From positions 66,198 through 130,197 of the forward strand of contig JBGRPZ010000001.1 of the NCBI GenBank assembly GCA_041725915.1: 64,000 nt of DNA, in the 5' to 3' direction. Source of the stretch: Hyphomicrobiales bacterium (GTDB taxonomy: Bacteria > Bacteroidota > Bacteroidia > Bacteroidales > JBGRPZ01). Position numbers and translations under genes: made by a program. How positions within the stretch are numbered: the stretch's first letter is position 1; each line of letters starts with the position of its first letter. Positions 39,524 to 49,505 of this stretch are shown piece by piece. The notes beneath the pieces were generated by a model. That model saw nothing but the letters and a program-made list of their open reading frames with translations, was not told the DNA's origin and made no database searches.

Positions 39524-40099
39524 ATGAGAATTAAACAATCAATTATAGATTCAATAGAAGTAAAAAAGAGAATCCTTGAGGATGATCAACTAATGCAAAG
39601 AGTCCGGGAAGTAGCGGATATCTGTATTTTAAGCTTGCAAAATGGAGGTAAAGTCTTGTTTTGCGGAAATGGAGGAAGTGCCGCAGATGCACAGCATTTG
39701 GCAGCAGAGCTTTCAGGCCGTTTCTATTATGACAGACCTCCTTTATATTCTGAGGCATTACATGTAAATAGCTCATATGTGACAGCAGTTGCAAATGACT
39801 ATTCATATGATGAAGTATATGCAAGAATGGTAAGAGCAATGGGTAAAGAAGGAGATGTTTTGATAGGAATATCAACTTCTGGTAACTCAGGAAATATATT
39901 GAAGGCTTTTGATGCAGCAAAAGAATGTCAGATGAAATGCATTGGCTTTACTGGAGAAACAGGAGGTAAGATGAAAGATGCATCAGATGTACTGATCAAT
40001 ATACCATCAAAGGATACTCCAAGAATACAAGAGTCGCATATAATGATAGGGCATATTATATGTGAACTAATCGAAAGTAATATCTTTCCAAAGAAATAA
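39524..40099 (+). CDS. gmhA: Phosphoheptose isomerase (SIS domain)
   Basis: GNGGSAADAQHLAAEL and GISTSGNSGN motifs, 191 aa from ATG 39524. The ORF-track start 39512 is a TTG. Confidence 0.88.
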   Translation: MRIKQSIIDSIEVKKRILEDDQLMQRVREVADICILSLQNGGKVLFCGNGGSAADAQHLAAELSGRFYYDRPPLYSEALHVNSSYVTAVANDYSYDEVYARMVRAMGKEGDVLIGISTSGNSGNILKAFDAAKECQMKCIGFTGETGGKMKDASDVLINIPSKDTPRIQESHIMIGHIICELIESNIFPKK

Positions 40100-40156
40100 A
40101 AGAATACATTCATTTGATAGCTATTGACGAATATAGTGCAATAGTAACGTTTACAT

Positions 40157-40182
40157 AAAAGCCTTTTTAAAAGGCTTTTTTG
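40157..40182 (+). terminator. Terminator after gmhA
   Basis: AAAAGCCTTT-loop-AAAGGCTTTT followed by additional Ts. Confidence 0.75.
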
Positions 40183-40311
40183 CGTTAGAATGGTTTAAAA
40201 ACTCTTTGCGTTCTATGAAAATATGTGATAATGTGATTAAACTGCTATGGTGAGAATTTTCTTTCTATTTAAAAGAAAAAGGCATAATCTCCTTTGTTTT
40301 TTCAAATAAGT

Positions 40312-40361
40312 CTTGTTGTCTTGGGAGAAAAGTCCGACATCTTGAGAGAAAAGTCCGACAT
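40312..40361. repeat. Two 21-bp tandem units cttgRgagaaaagtccgacat, preceded by a partial unit
   Basis: Units at 40320-40340 and 40341-40361. The core aagtccgaca resembles aagcccgaca of the 8.8-kb and 36.5-kb arrays. Confidence 0.8.
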
Positions 40362-40390
40362 TTTTAAATGAGGCCATTCAAAGGTTGTTT

Positions 40391-40510
40391 CCAAAAAGTG
40401 CTTTAGTGCTTTTCGGAATCTTTTTTAAAAGGTTTAATTGTAGATTAATATATAGAATATATGCCTTGCAGACTTTATATCAGAAGTGGGGTTTAAACGG
40501 CTTCATTAGA
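40391..40510. repeat. Dispersed non-coding element, partial copy C
   Basis: ccaaaaagtgctttagtgcttttcggaatcttttttaaaaggtttaa matches 24436-24480 of copy B at about 40 of 45 positions by eye. Length is similar and the terminal hairpin region is related (gtttaaacggcttcat versus gtttttaaactacttcat). Confidence 0.7.
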
Positions 40511-40585
40511 ATAGTTTGAATTAGGCTTTATCTTTATCAGATTATTGGTGATGATTTTTAATAGAATAAGAACAACTTATATTAT

Positions 40586-41143
40586 ATGAATAAGAAACTT
40601 AATATAGATAGTAAGTGGACATTGTTTCTAGATCGGGATGGTGTTATAAATAGAAGGTTACCTGGTCAATATGTGAGAACGTGGGATGAGTTTGAATTTC
40701 TTCCACAAGTACTTGATGCCATAGAAATATTCACTTCAATCTTTCATAGAATATTTATTGTTACTAATCAGCAGGGGATAGGAAAAGAGCTAATGACAGA
40801 GCAGGATCTGGAAAAAGTTCATAATTCAATGTTGTCAGAGATAAGTAATAAGGGGGGGAGAATTGATAAGATTTATTTCTGTCCTGCACTAGCAAAAGAT
40901 AATCATCCAGACAGAAAACCATCTACAGGAATGATAATGAAAGCAGCAGAGGACTTTAAAGATATAGATCTTTCTAAGTCAATTATGGTTGGTGATTCTT
41001 TATCAGATATGAAGCTTGCGAAAAATGCAAATATCCATTCTGTATTTTTGACAACAGATCTGGATTATCCACAAGAAGCAATTGATATTGCAGATATGCA
41101 ATTTACAAGTTTGATAGAGCTAGCCAACTATTTGAAAGAATAG
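40586..41143 (+). CDS. gmhB: D-glycero-D-manno-heptose 1,7-bisphosphate phosphatase (HAD-IIIA)
   Basis: HAD motifs FLDRDGVIN, VTNQQGI and MVGDSLSDM. 185 aa. Confidence 0.82.
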   Translation: MNKKLNIDSKWTLFLDRDGVINRRLPGQYVRTWDEFEFLPQVLDAIEIFTSIFHRIFIVTNQQGIGKELMTEQDLEKVHNSMLSEISNKGGRIDKIYFCPALAKDNHPDRKPSTGMIMKAAEDFKDIDLSKSIMVGDSLSDMKLAKNANIHSVFLTTDLDYPQEAIDIADMQFTSLIELANYLKE

Positions 41144-41214
41144 GTTGTCTAGGCTGTTTTTCATAAGCTTGTATTTAAACCAAGACTATTCATAAAAATA
41201 AAAAAGGATTTAAA

Positions 41215-42732
41215 GTGAGTAATATCTTCGATCATACCTATTTCATTGTATTTATAGTTTATACAGCAATATTGTTTTTAGTTGCTTTTTTTACTTCACG
41301 AAAAGCAACAAATGAAACGTACTTTACAGGAAATCGTAAATCACCATGGTATTTGGTGGCTTATGGAATGATAGGGACATCCTTATCAGGAGTTACTTTT
41401 ATCTCTGTTCCTGGTTGGGTAGGCTCATCAGGCTTTTCATACATGTTGGTAGTTTTAGGTTATGTGGTAGGGTATTTAGTGATAATAGCTTTGTTATTAC
41501 CTGTATATTATAAACTAAAGCTCACATCAATATATTCATATTTAGATGAAAGGTTTGGGCGTTCAGCATACAAAACAGGCGCATCATTTTTCTTGTTAAG
41601 TCGATTTATTGGTGCTGCCTTCAGGATGTTTATAGTTGTGGAAATACTTCAGGTATTTGTGTTGAAGCAATGGAATGTTCCTTTTTATCTAGTAGTCTTA
41701 ATGTTCGTTGGTCTTATTCTTTTATATTCATTTAAAGGAGGTATTCGTACTATTGTATTTACAGACACTTTGCAAACCACCTTTATGCTATTGGCTGTAG
41801 TATTCACAATATACTTTATAAAGACTGATCTGAATGTAGACTTTAAACAAATATTCCAGATTGTAAGGGAAAGTGAGTTTTCAAAGATGGTTTATACAGA
41901 TGTATCATCAAAGCATCATTATCTTAAGCAGTTTTTTAGTGGCATCTTTATAGCTATTGTAATGACTGGTTTAGATCAGGATATGATGCAAAAGAATCTT
42001 ACTTGTAGATCTTTAAAGGATGCCCAGAAGAATGTGTTTTCTTTAAGTATTATTCTGGTATTTGTTAACTTTGTATTCCTAACATTAGGAGTTCTTTTAT
42101 TTCATTATGTAAACCATTTGGGCATTGAAATGCCTGCAAAGACAGATTATCTGTTTCCTAATATTGCTCTAAACTATCTTGGCCCTGTTGCAGCTTCTCT
42201 ATTTATTATAGGTTTAATCTCTGCTGCTTATTCTAGTGCTGATAGTGCTATAACAGCTCTTACTACTTCATTTACTGTTGATATACTGAATATAAAGAAA
42301 TGGAAAAGAAGTGATGAATATAAAAAGAAAGTAAGGATTATTTCTCATTTTTCAATTTCCTTTATTCTTGTAATTCTTATGATTGCCTTCAATTCAATCA
42401 ATGATGATGCCGTGATATCCAGTATCTTTACTATTGCAGGATATACTTATGGTCCATTGCTTGGTTTCTTCGCATTTGGTATACTTAGTAAGAAGCAAAC
42501 TATAGATAAATATCTTCCTATTGTAGGAATTTCTTCCCCAATATTATCATATATAATAAAAGAAATCAGTTATACTAGTTTCGGTTACTCATTTGGTTTT
42601 GAGCTTCTCATTCTCAATGGAGCTTTGACAGCATTTTTAATGTTATTATTAAGTTATAAACAACCCAAAAATAAAATTAATCAGGATTTAAATGAAAAAT
42701 TTCAGATTCAAAGCAATAGAGAAAGTATTTGA
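41215..42732 (+). CDS. Sodium:solute symporter family transporter
   Basis: 505 aa with about 13 TM helices and SSF-like blocks (GNRKSPWYLVAYGMIGTSLSG, FKGGIRTIVFTDTLQ). GTG start. The 3-prime end overlaps the GS-III start by 41 nt. Confidence 0.8.
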   Translation: MSNIFDHTYFIVFIVYTAILFLVAFFTSRKATNETYFTGNRKSPWYLVAYGMIGTSLSGVTFISVPGWVGSSGFSYMLVVLGYVVGYLVIIALLLPVYYKLKLTSIYSYLDERFGRSAYKTGASFFLLSRFIGAAFRMFIVVEILQVFVLKQWNVPFYLVVLMFVGLILLYSFKGGIRTIVFTDTLQTTFMLLAVVFTIYFIKTDLNVDFKQIFQIVRESEFSKMVYTDVSSKHHYLKQFFSGIFIAIVMTGLDQDMMQKNLTCRSLKDAQKNVFSLSIILVFVNFVFLTLGVLLFHYVNHLGIEMPAKTDYLFPNIALNYLGPVAASLFIIGLISAAYSSADSAITALTTSFTVDILNIKKWKRSDEYKKKVRIISHFSISFILVILMIAFNSINDDAVISSIFTIAGYTYGPLLGFFAFGILSKKQTIDKYLPIVGISSPILSYIIKEISYTSFGYSFGFELLILNGALTAFLMLLLSYKQPKNKINQDLNEKFQIQSNRESI

Positions 42733-44881
42733 TCGCAAGCCCATAGAGGTGGAATTTCCTTCTGTAAAAGCATCAGATTATTATGGTTCGATGACTTTTA
42801 ACCTTGATACAATGCAAGAGTATCTACCTAAAGAAGCTTATAAAGCAGTTTTGGAAGATATTGAAGAGGGTGTAAAGATTAAAAGAACTGTGATTGATCA
42901 AATAGCAGCAGCTATGAGATCATGGGCATTATCAAAAGGGGCTACTCATTATACACACTGGTTTCAACCACTTACCGGTGTTACAGCGGAGAAGCATGAC
43001 TCTTTTCTTAGTTTGCGTAATGATGGTAAACCTATAGTTGAGTTTTGTGGTAATTCACTAGTACAGCAAGAGCCTGATGCTTCCAGCTTTCCTAGTGGAG
43101 GTATTCGAAATACTTTTGAAGCCAGAGGTTATACAGCTTGGGATCCCACCTCCCCAGCATTTATAATTGATGGCACACTCTGTATACCAACGATTTTTGT
43201 TTCTTATACTGGAGAGTGTTTAGACTTTAAAACACCACTGATCAGATCTATAGAGGCTATTGATGTTGCAGCCGTTAAAGTTGCAAAACTTTTCAATCCA
43301 GAGATCAATAAGGTACGCCCAACATTGGGTTGGGAGCAAGAGTATTTTCTTGTTGATTCTGCTTTGTATTATGCCAGACCTGACTTGATGCTAATAGGAA
43401 AGACTGTATTTGGTCATTCTTCGGCGAAAGATCAGCAGCTTTCTGATCACTATTTTGGAGCTATTCATGAAAGAGCTGTAAACTTTATGAAGGAATTAGA
43501 GATAGAAGCCCATAAATTGGGTATTCCTCTAAAAACTCGACATAATGAGGTTGCTCCGGGACAGTTTGAATGTGCTCCAATATTTGAAGAGGCTAATGTT
43601 GCTAATGATCATAATCTATTGATTATGCATATTATTCCTAAAATAGCCAGAAAGCATAATTTTGTTGCACTACTTCATGAAAAGCCATACGCTGGAATTA
43701 ATGGCTCTGGTAAGCATAATAACTGGTCTTTGGCAGCTAATGGAACAACAAACTTACTTGTACCCGGAAAGACAGAGAATGAAAACCTAAGGTTTCTGGC
43801 TTTTATTACAGCTACATTGAAAGGGGTAAGTGATTATGAAGAGCTTCTTCGTGTAAGTATTGCCTCAGCAGGTAATGACTGTAGGCTTGGTGGTCATGAA
43901 GCACCTCCAGCGATAATGTCTGTTTTTATAGGATCACAATTGACAAGTGCATTAGAAGAAATTGAAAAGGCACATGATCGTGGAGATTTTATTTCTCAAC
44001 CTGAAGAAGATGCTAATCTTGATATTGCCATGATCCCTGAGATTCTGTTGGATAATACTGATAGAAACAGAACCTCACCTTTTGCTTTCACTGGTAATAA
44101 GTTTGAATTTAGAGCTGTTGGTTCTACGATGAACCCTGCCAGTCCAATGTTCGTACTTAATACTATTGTAGCTGAGGCCTTGGATGAGTTTTCTGATAAT
44201 GTGAATAAACTAATGCAAGATGATGTTTCTAAAGATGATGCTATCTTTGAAACTATTCGAAAGTTCAGTGTAGAATCCCGTAAGATAAGGTTTGAAGGAA
44301 ATAACTATAGCGATGAATGGGTAGAAGAAGCCAAGAAAAGAGGCCTGTCTAACCATAGTGATACTGTTGATTCAATGTATATTGTAAAAGAAGATTCTAC
44401 AATAGAAATATTCGAAAAATATAAAGTATTCACCAAGAGAGAATTGATGGCTAGATATGATATTATGGCTGAGTCTTATACGAAAAGTATTCAGATAGAA
44501 TCCCGAATAATGGGAGATTTAGCTTTGAATCATATTATTCCAACGGCGATTGAATATCAGAATACTCTTATTAAGAATGCTAAAGGACTTAAAGAAGTTC
44601 TTGATAATAAAACATTCTCTCAACTCTCAAAGAATCAAATTCAATCTATAAAAGATATTTCAGAGTATATATCTTCTATTAAAACGAATGTTGAGAGTAT
44701 GGTAGAAGAAAGGAAAAAAGCAAATCGACTTTTATCTGCAGAAGATAAGGCTAGAGCTTATGCAAAACAAGTAAAGCCATACTTTGATGCAATTAGATAT
44801 TACGTTGATAAATTAGAGCTTCAAGTAAACGATGAATTGTGGCCTTTGCCTAAGTACAGAGAATTACTATTCATGAAATAA
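42692..44881 (+). CDS. glnN: Glutamine synthetase, type III
   Basis: 729 aa, the characteristic GS-III length. The N-terminus MKNFRFKAIEKVFDRKPIEV..SDYYG and catalytic-domain blocks (NEVAPGQFE, HEKPYAGINGSGKHNNWS) fit the Bacteroides-type GS-III. Confidence 0.92.
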   Translation: MKNFRFKAIEKVFDRKPIEVEFPSVKASDYYGSMTFNLDTMQEYLPKEAYKAVLEDIEEGVKIKRTVIDQIAAAMRSWALSKGATHYTHWFQPLTGVTAEKHDSFLSLRNDGKPIVEFCGNSLVQQEPDASSFPSGGIRNTFEARGYTAWDPTSPAFIIDGTLCIPTIFVSYTGECLDFKTPLIRSIEAIDVAAVKVAKLFNPEINKVRPTLGWEQEYFLVDSALYYARPDLMLIGKTVFGHSSAKDQQLSDHYFGAIHERAVNFMKELEIEAHKLGIPLKTRHNEVAPGQFECAPIFEEANVANDHNLLIMHIIPKIARKHNFVALLHEKPYAGINGSGKHNNWSLAANGTTNLLVPGKTENENLRFLAFITATLKGVSDYEELLRVSIASAGNDCRLGGHEAPPAIMSVFIGSQLTSALEEIEKAHDRGDFISQPEEDANLDIAMIPEILLDNTDRNRTSPFAFTGNKFEFRAVGSTMNPASPMFVLNTIVAEALDEFSDNVNKLMQDDVSKDDAIFETIRKFSVESRKIRFEGNNYSDEWVEEAKKRGLSNHSDTVDSMYIVKEDSTIEIFEKYKVFTKRELMARYDIMAESYTKSIQIESRIMGDLALNHIIPTAIEYQNTLIKNAKGLKEVLDNKTFSQLSKNQIQSIKDISEYISSIKTNVESMVEERKKANRLLSAEDKARAYAKQVKPYFDAIRYYVDKLELQVNDELWPLPKYRELLFMK

Positions 44882-44888
44882 TATAATT

Positions 44889-44924
44889 AGGTGAGTGATT
44901 GTTTCGCTCACCTTTCTTTTTTTG
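44889..44924 (+). terminator. Terminator after the GS-III gene
   Basis: AGGTGAG-11 nt-CTCACCT followed by TTCTTTTTTTG. It lies inside the N-terminal extension of ORF-track call 44891. Confidence 0.7.
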
Positions 44925-44956
44925 TTTTTATTTTTGCCAAAATAAAATGTAATACA

Positions 44957-46123
44957 ATGCAAAGATTTCTATTATTTGACCTCAGAACAAGAATTGCTGG
45001 CTTAGGTTTATTATTTATGATCTTCCTAGTGTCTCCTGTATATTCTCAATATAAAGTTTATCCTATTAAATCTAAAGAAGCTAATAAACAGACATCAGGA
45101 CTGGTTTATGCTTTGCCAAAGAATCTATTGAAACTAGATGTTACTGTAAAAAAGAGTAGTTATATAAAAGGCCCTTATGCTGAATATGCCGCTGAATTGA
45201 TGGGCTTGAAAGATATTGTTAGGCGTGATTCTGATAAGTATGAGATTCTAAATGTAGAAATCAGTACTATTGCTGAACCAGATGAAAATCATTTATTCTT
45301 GGTTGTTCCGGATGATAGATATTCCAAAGAGAATAAAATTCTCTTTAATCTTACTAATAGTGGGATTCTGACTAGTTATGGTTCAAAAGCCGAGAATGAG
45401 AATAGCTCACAGTTTTTTGATAAGATTGATAGGATAAATGCTTTCTCTCAACTTCCATCGAATGGATTGACTGTAAAGAATGATTCTGTAATCAGACGAA
45501 TTGGTATTGGGAAGGATCAACAGGTTATAAGATCTTTTATGAAGACAATGACCTCAAATAACCCTGAAGCAAAGGCAAAAGAGATATCTCAGTTTATAGA
45601 TAATATCAGAGAGAGTCAGTTCAATCTTATTAGTGGATATCAAGAGGTGGGCTATGATGTAGGTACTGTAAAGTATATGAATGAAGAGTTGACAAAACTG
45701 CTTGATGATTATATCTCTTTGTTCAGAGGAAAAATAATCGAACAACAAAAGGTTTTTACTTTTTATGTAGAACCAAAAGATGGTGGAAAGACTGTTGCAT
45801 TTAAGTTTTCGGATAAACAAGGTGTTCTTGATGCCTCAACTTCAAAAGGACAAAGTGTGAATATTGATATTGATATGAGTACAGCTAATCAACTAAACTC
45901 TAATATTCCAGATAAGATAGGCTCTCAGGAAAAGAACCCTGGAGGATTTTATTATCGTGTTCCTGCTGTATGTAATGTCTCATTAAAGTTACCTTCTGGT
46001 TTATATGAGAATGAAAGAGTTATTATCTCACAATTTGGCAAGATAGTGCAAGCTCCAAATGCTTTTGGGAATGTTGAATTCCATCCAAATACAGGAAGTA
46101 TAAAGTCTATAGGCTCCAAATAG
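44957..46123 (+). CDS. Hypothetical secreted protein
   Basis: ATG 44957 gives MQRFLLFDLRTRIAGLGLLFMIFLVSPVYSQ (signal peptide). No motif recognised. Confidence 0.55.
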   Translation: MQRFLLFDLRTRIAGLGLLFMIFLVSPVYSQYKVYPIKSKEANKQTSGLVYALPKNLLKLDVTVKKSSYIKGPYAEYAAELMGLKDIVRRDSDKYEILNVEISTIAEPDENHLFLVVPDDRYSKENKILFNLTNSGILTSYGSKAENENSSQFFDKIDRINAFSQLPSNGLTVKNDSVIRRIGIGKDQQVIRSFMKTMTSNNPEAKAKEISQFIDNIRESQFNLISGYQEVGYDVGTVKYMNEELTKLLDDYISLFRGKIIEQQKVFTFYVEPKDGGKTVAFKFSDKQGVLDASTSKGQSVNIDIDMSTANQLNSNIPDKIGSQEKNPGGFYYRVPAVCNVSLKLPSGLYENERVIISQFGKIVQAPNAFGNVEFHPNTGSIKSIGSK

Positions 46124-46126
46124 AAA

Positions 46127-46167
46127 CAAAAAAAAGAGTCTGATCAAGTAATCAGACTCTTCTGTTT
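46127..46167. terminator. Terminator between convergent genes
   Basis: 10-bp perfect stem agagtctgat / atcagactct. An A-run upstream gives a T-run on the minus strand; TCTGTTT follows downstream. Confidence 0.75.
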
Positions 46168-46185
46168 AAGCTAGATGATTATACA

Positions 46186-46839
46186 TTATAAATGTATAGA
46201 GAATCCAAGTCTGATTCTAAATGCACTGTTAATATTACTTAGGTCTTCGTAATATCCGGGTTTATCTTTTATTTTATATGTGATCTTATCATGCTTATAA
46301 ATAAATCCAAGATCTAGAGCGACACAGTCAGATACAAAGTATGCAATACCTGCACCAAAACCAAAGCCGATAACATTGTCATTTAGATCATCCTTTATTA
46401 CTTCATTAAGTAATAAAGATTCTTTTTTCGACCAACCCCATCCATAGTTGAACTCACCTATAACATAAGGTTTCATCTTATCTTCAAGGAAATAATACTT
46501 TGCAAATGGAGCAAAAGCAAAGCCTGTTCTTGATTCTGGCTTATAAGTAATATCTTCAGCTATAACAGTCTCTGTAATCTTTATATGCTTATAATTAAAG
46601 TCTAGTCCCAGACCTATCGCAAGATTATCTACAAAGAAGTATCCAACAGCTGGTAAAATATTTAAATGGAATTTCTTAGGATCCATTCCTTTATGTGCGC
46701 CATATTCTACATCCATATTTTCAAATAATATGGTTGCGTTACTTCCTGAATACGCGTAAATCTTTCCTTTTTCTGTTTGTGCTACACTATATGAAGCAGA
46801 AAACAAAACAACGATAAATAAAAGTATAAACTTTTTCAT
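46186..46839 (-). CDS. Small outer-membrane beta-barrel protein, paralog 1 of 5
   Basis: Signal peptide ending SVAQTEKGKIYAY, alternating Gly/aromatic beta-strands, C-terminus RLGFSIHL. Confidence 0.7.
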   Translation of the reverse strand: MKKFILLFIVVLFSASYSVAQTEKGKIYAYSGSNATILFENMDVEYGAHKGMDPKKFHLNILPAVGYFFVDNLAIGLGLDFNYKHIKITETVIAEDITYKPESRTGFAFAPFAKYYFLEDKMKPYVIGEFNYGWGWSKKESLLLNEVIKDDLNDNVIGFGFGAGIAYFVSDCVALDLGFIYKHDKITYKIKDKPGYYEDLSNINSAFRIRLGFSIHL

Positions 46840-47084
46840 GGTAATAAATTTAGATTAGCAATGATCTTCAGTTGAAGAAATACCTGAAGATGGTTTGAAG
46901 TTTTAGTACGATAATGAATTATCGAGGGGGGATTTTTTAGGTTATCTATACAAATCTAATAAAAATGATCTAAGTATAGACATTTATATTCAAATAAAAT
47001 AATGCGTGATGGTTATATCAATAATCTCAAGAGGTGCTCTTGTATGAAAGTTTAGAGTTGCTGGAGTTTTGGTGAGAATAGACA

Positions 47085-47110
47085 AATGGCTGCCCAATAG
47101 AACAGCCATT
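47085..47110 (-). terminator. Putative terminator of paralog 2
   Basis: aatggctg / cagccatt hairpin, followed on the minus strand by TTGTC. Confidence 0.4.
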
Positions 47111-47129
47111 ATAGTTTATATGTAGAAGT

Positions 47130-47684
47130 TTAAAACTTGAATGATACACCTATATTTAGCTCAACTCCATTCATCCTTGAATAGTTATCGTTGTCCAGAT
47201 TATCGAAATGATTATACTTTATCTCGGTTTCCAGATTGATGTTCTTTGTAATTTCATATGACACTCCTAAGCCTAAATAGCCTAATATACCAGTATCATT
47301 TGTTCTGTAATATTGATTTGGTTTATACCCCCAATGTAAAGAACCTTTATGTGCAGAGATTCCTCCTGTGATATAAGGTCTGACCTTCCCTGTAGAAAGA
47401 TAATATTTGGAGAAGACTCCCAAAGAAATAGAAAGTTCATCGTTAAAAGCAGGCACTTTCATATAAGTAAGATTAGTACTTAAGCCTAATATTAGCTTAT
47501 TTGTTAGGAAATATCCTCCATCAGCCTGTAAATTGAAAACATAACTTGGTTCTGATCCTGATATGGATGTTATTGTATTTGAAAGCCCGGTTGACATTTT
47601 TGTGTAGAACTTACCTTTATCTTCTTGAGCTTGTATAAGTGTCGCCAATAATGATAATATTGCAATTATATATAATCGTTTCAT
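47130..47684 (-). CDS. Small outer-membrane beta-barrel protein, paralog 2 of 5
   Basis: Signal peptide ending IQAQEDKGKFYTK; C-terminus NIGVSFKF. Confidence 0.7.
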   Translation of the reverse strand: MKRLYIIAILSLLATLIQAQEDKGKFYTKMSTGLSNTITSISGSEPSYVFNLQADGGYFLTNKLILGLSTNLTYMKVPAFNDELSISLGVFSKYYLSTGKVRPYITGGISAHKGSLHWGYKPNQYYRTNDTGILGYLGLGVSYEITKNINLETEIKYNHFDNLDNDNYSRMNGVELNIGVSFKF

Positions 47685-47729
47685 GAAAATATTCTTTTTG
47701 ATATTAATTATAAATCCTTATTTGCCCAA

Positions 47730-48329
47730 TTAGAAAGAGATAGAAAATCCTACTGCAGTCTTAAGTTGATGAACTTTACGGGATGGATCTAAGGAAATTG
47801 TCTTAGAAGAATTAAAGGAATTATATCTGTATCCAATACTAAAATCTAAACTAATGTTCTTTGATATATAATAGGCAAGACCTAAATCTAAATCTCCATA
47901 TATTGTATTGCTTGATTGATTGGTGGTAGCTTTATTTGGTAGGACTTCTGTATAGTTATTATACATATATCCTATTCCTGCTTTCACAAACGGTTTAAGT
48001 GCTTTGGTTGAAAGATAGTGCTTTGTGAATAATCCTATTCCATAAAAGGAATTATCTATTTCTTCAGAAAAGTTTCCTGAGTATTTTATCTTATTGTAGG
48101 CTAAATTGATTTTAGCACCAACCACCAGATTATCTGAAACAAAATAACCAACTTCCGGATTTAAGTTAAGCCCATAAGTAGTGCTATTGTAACGCTTGGA
48201 TGAATAATCCTGATAGAATGCATTAATATCAGAATTTGCACCTAAATAGAATTTCCCTTTCTCTGTTTGTGCATTGCAATTTAGTACAAGAAGGAGTAGT
48301 GTTAATGTAATTAATGAAATGTGTTTCAT
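47730..48329 (-). CDS. Small outer-membrane beta-barrel protein, paralog 3 of 5
   Basis: Signal peptide ending NCNAQTEKGKFYLG; C-terminus AVGFSISF. Confidence 0.7.
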   Translation of the reverse strand: MKHISLITLTLLLLVLNCNAQTEKGKFYLGANSDINAFYQDYSSKRYNSTTYGLNLNPEVGYFVSDNLVVGAKINLAYNKIKYSGNFSEEIDNSFYGIGLFTKHYLSTKALKPFVKAGIGYMYNNYTEVLPNKATTNQSSNTIYGDLDLGLAYYISKNISLDFSIGYRYNSFNSSKTISLDPSRKVHQLKTAVGFSISF

Positions 48330-48684
48330 AAAAGTTTTGTTTTGTTTTTTATTGGCTTCTTTATGTTAGAAGCTTATCTGAATAAAAAACAAAGTCTTTT
48401 TTAGGCCTAATAAGTGCTTTGTTATTGATTACAAATATACGTTTAAAGTTCTTATATTGTTACTGTATAAAGTGTTAAAAAATGTTAAAAGACATTAATA
48501 TCTCTGATCGATTTATGTTAGGTAATATTGCTGTGTGTTTTATATGATAAGAGTTATGTTGACTTTAGTATAGTTATTTATATTAACATATAAAGCTAAT
48601 GTGGTTATGGCTTTAACTGTGCTTGATTGTAGTTAAGTGATAGCTTGTCAGGGGATGCTAAGAAAGGTAATTGTATATAAGAGA

Positions 48685-48714
48685 AAAGATGTCATACATA
48701 TGGCAGACATCTTT
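48685..48714 (-). terminator. Putative terminator of paralog 4
   Basis: 9-bp stem aaagatgtc / gacatcttt, followed on the minus strand by TTCTCTT. Confidence 0.45.
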
Positions 48715-48757
48715 CTTTTATTGTAAATCTGAGTTATAATTACTTAGGGCGTAGTAT

Positions 48758-49468
48758 TTAGAATGTTACTGCAAACCCTATGTTAAGCCCTATATTATTA
48801 TTAATGTATGTAACTCTATCTTCTTTCTCTCTTCTCTGAGAAAATAGTATTTCGGCTTCAATAGCTATGTGTTTGTTCAGGAAGTATGCTGCTCCACCTC
48901 CGATATTCCAATCAAATGGATGATTAGTACCTGCTGATCTCATTTTAGCAAGAGTTCTGTTGTTGTTATAAATAGTAGGGTTATACTCTCTAATTTTTGT
49001 TTCAGACCATCCAAAGGTAAAACCTGCAGTTACAAATGGTTTAAATTTCCCATCCATAAGATAATATTTTGCAAAAGGACCTAGATTTGCACTATAGTTT
49101 TCTTCATAAACATATTCCTTAAAATCATTTATATCCATGACTTTATGCTTAAATCTATAATAAGAGAAGTTTGCATCTAGACCTATAACAAGATTGTCTA
49201 TTACAAACATTCCTATATCTGATCTGAGATTGAAACCTTGTCTTTTTATATAAAAGTTCTTATCGTCAACATCGGAACTGTTATTGTAATATTGAAGATA
49301 ATTAAGATATCTATATTTCCCTGAGTATAAATCCCGTTCTCTGAATTTGTTGTAGTCTCCTGATAAATTGCTTGACAATCTGGTGTAAAATTTTCCTGCT
49401 TCTGTTTGAGAGAATATATCTATAGATAAAAAGCAAAGAATGATAAGTGGGAATATTAATTTTTTCAT
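48758..49468 (-). CDS. Small outer-membrane beta-barrel protein, paralog 4 of 5
   Basis: Signal peptide ending IFSQTEAGKFYTR; C-terminus NIGFAVTF. Confidence 0.7.
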   Translation of the reverse strand: MKKLIFPLIILCFLSIDIFSQTEAGKFYTRLSSNLSGDYNKFRERDLYSGKYRYLNYLQYYNNSSDVDDKNFYIKRQGFNLRSDIGMFVIDNLVIGLDANFSYYRFKHKVMDINDFKEYVYEENYSANLGPFAKYYLMDGKFKPFVTAGFTFGWSETKIREYNPTIYNNNRTLAKMRSAGTNHPFDWNIGGGAAYFLNKHIAIEAEILFSQRREKEDRVTYINNNIGLNIGFAVTF

Positions 49469-49505
49469 TATTGTTTCTTTTGGTTTAATTTAGAAATGGT
49501 GGTTA

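Noticed and set aside
39543-39920. 125-aa minus-strand ORF inside gmhA, along with similar antisense ORFs inside ileS (3035..3385, 4145..4432), the phospho-sugar mutase gene (five ORFs, 28536..29496) and the glutaminase gene (59193..59567).
   Set aside because: All lie antisense to, or out of frame within, genes with strong motif support. They have biased composition (Leu/Ser/His/Ile-rich) and lack independent signals.
44891-44956. N-terminal extension of the 410-aa ORF (GTG start at 44891).
   Set aside because: The extension spans the hairpin plus T-run terminator of the GS-III gene. ATG 44957 yields a proper signal peptide.
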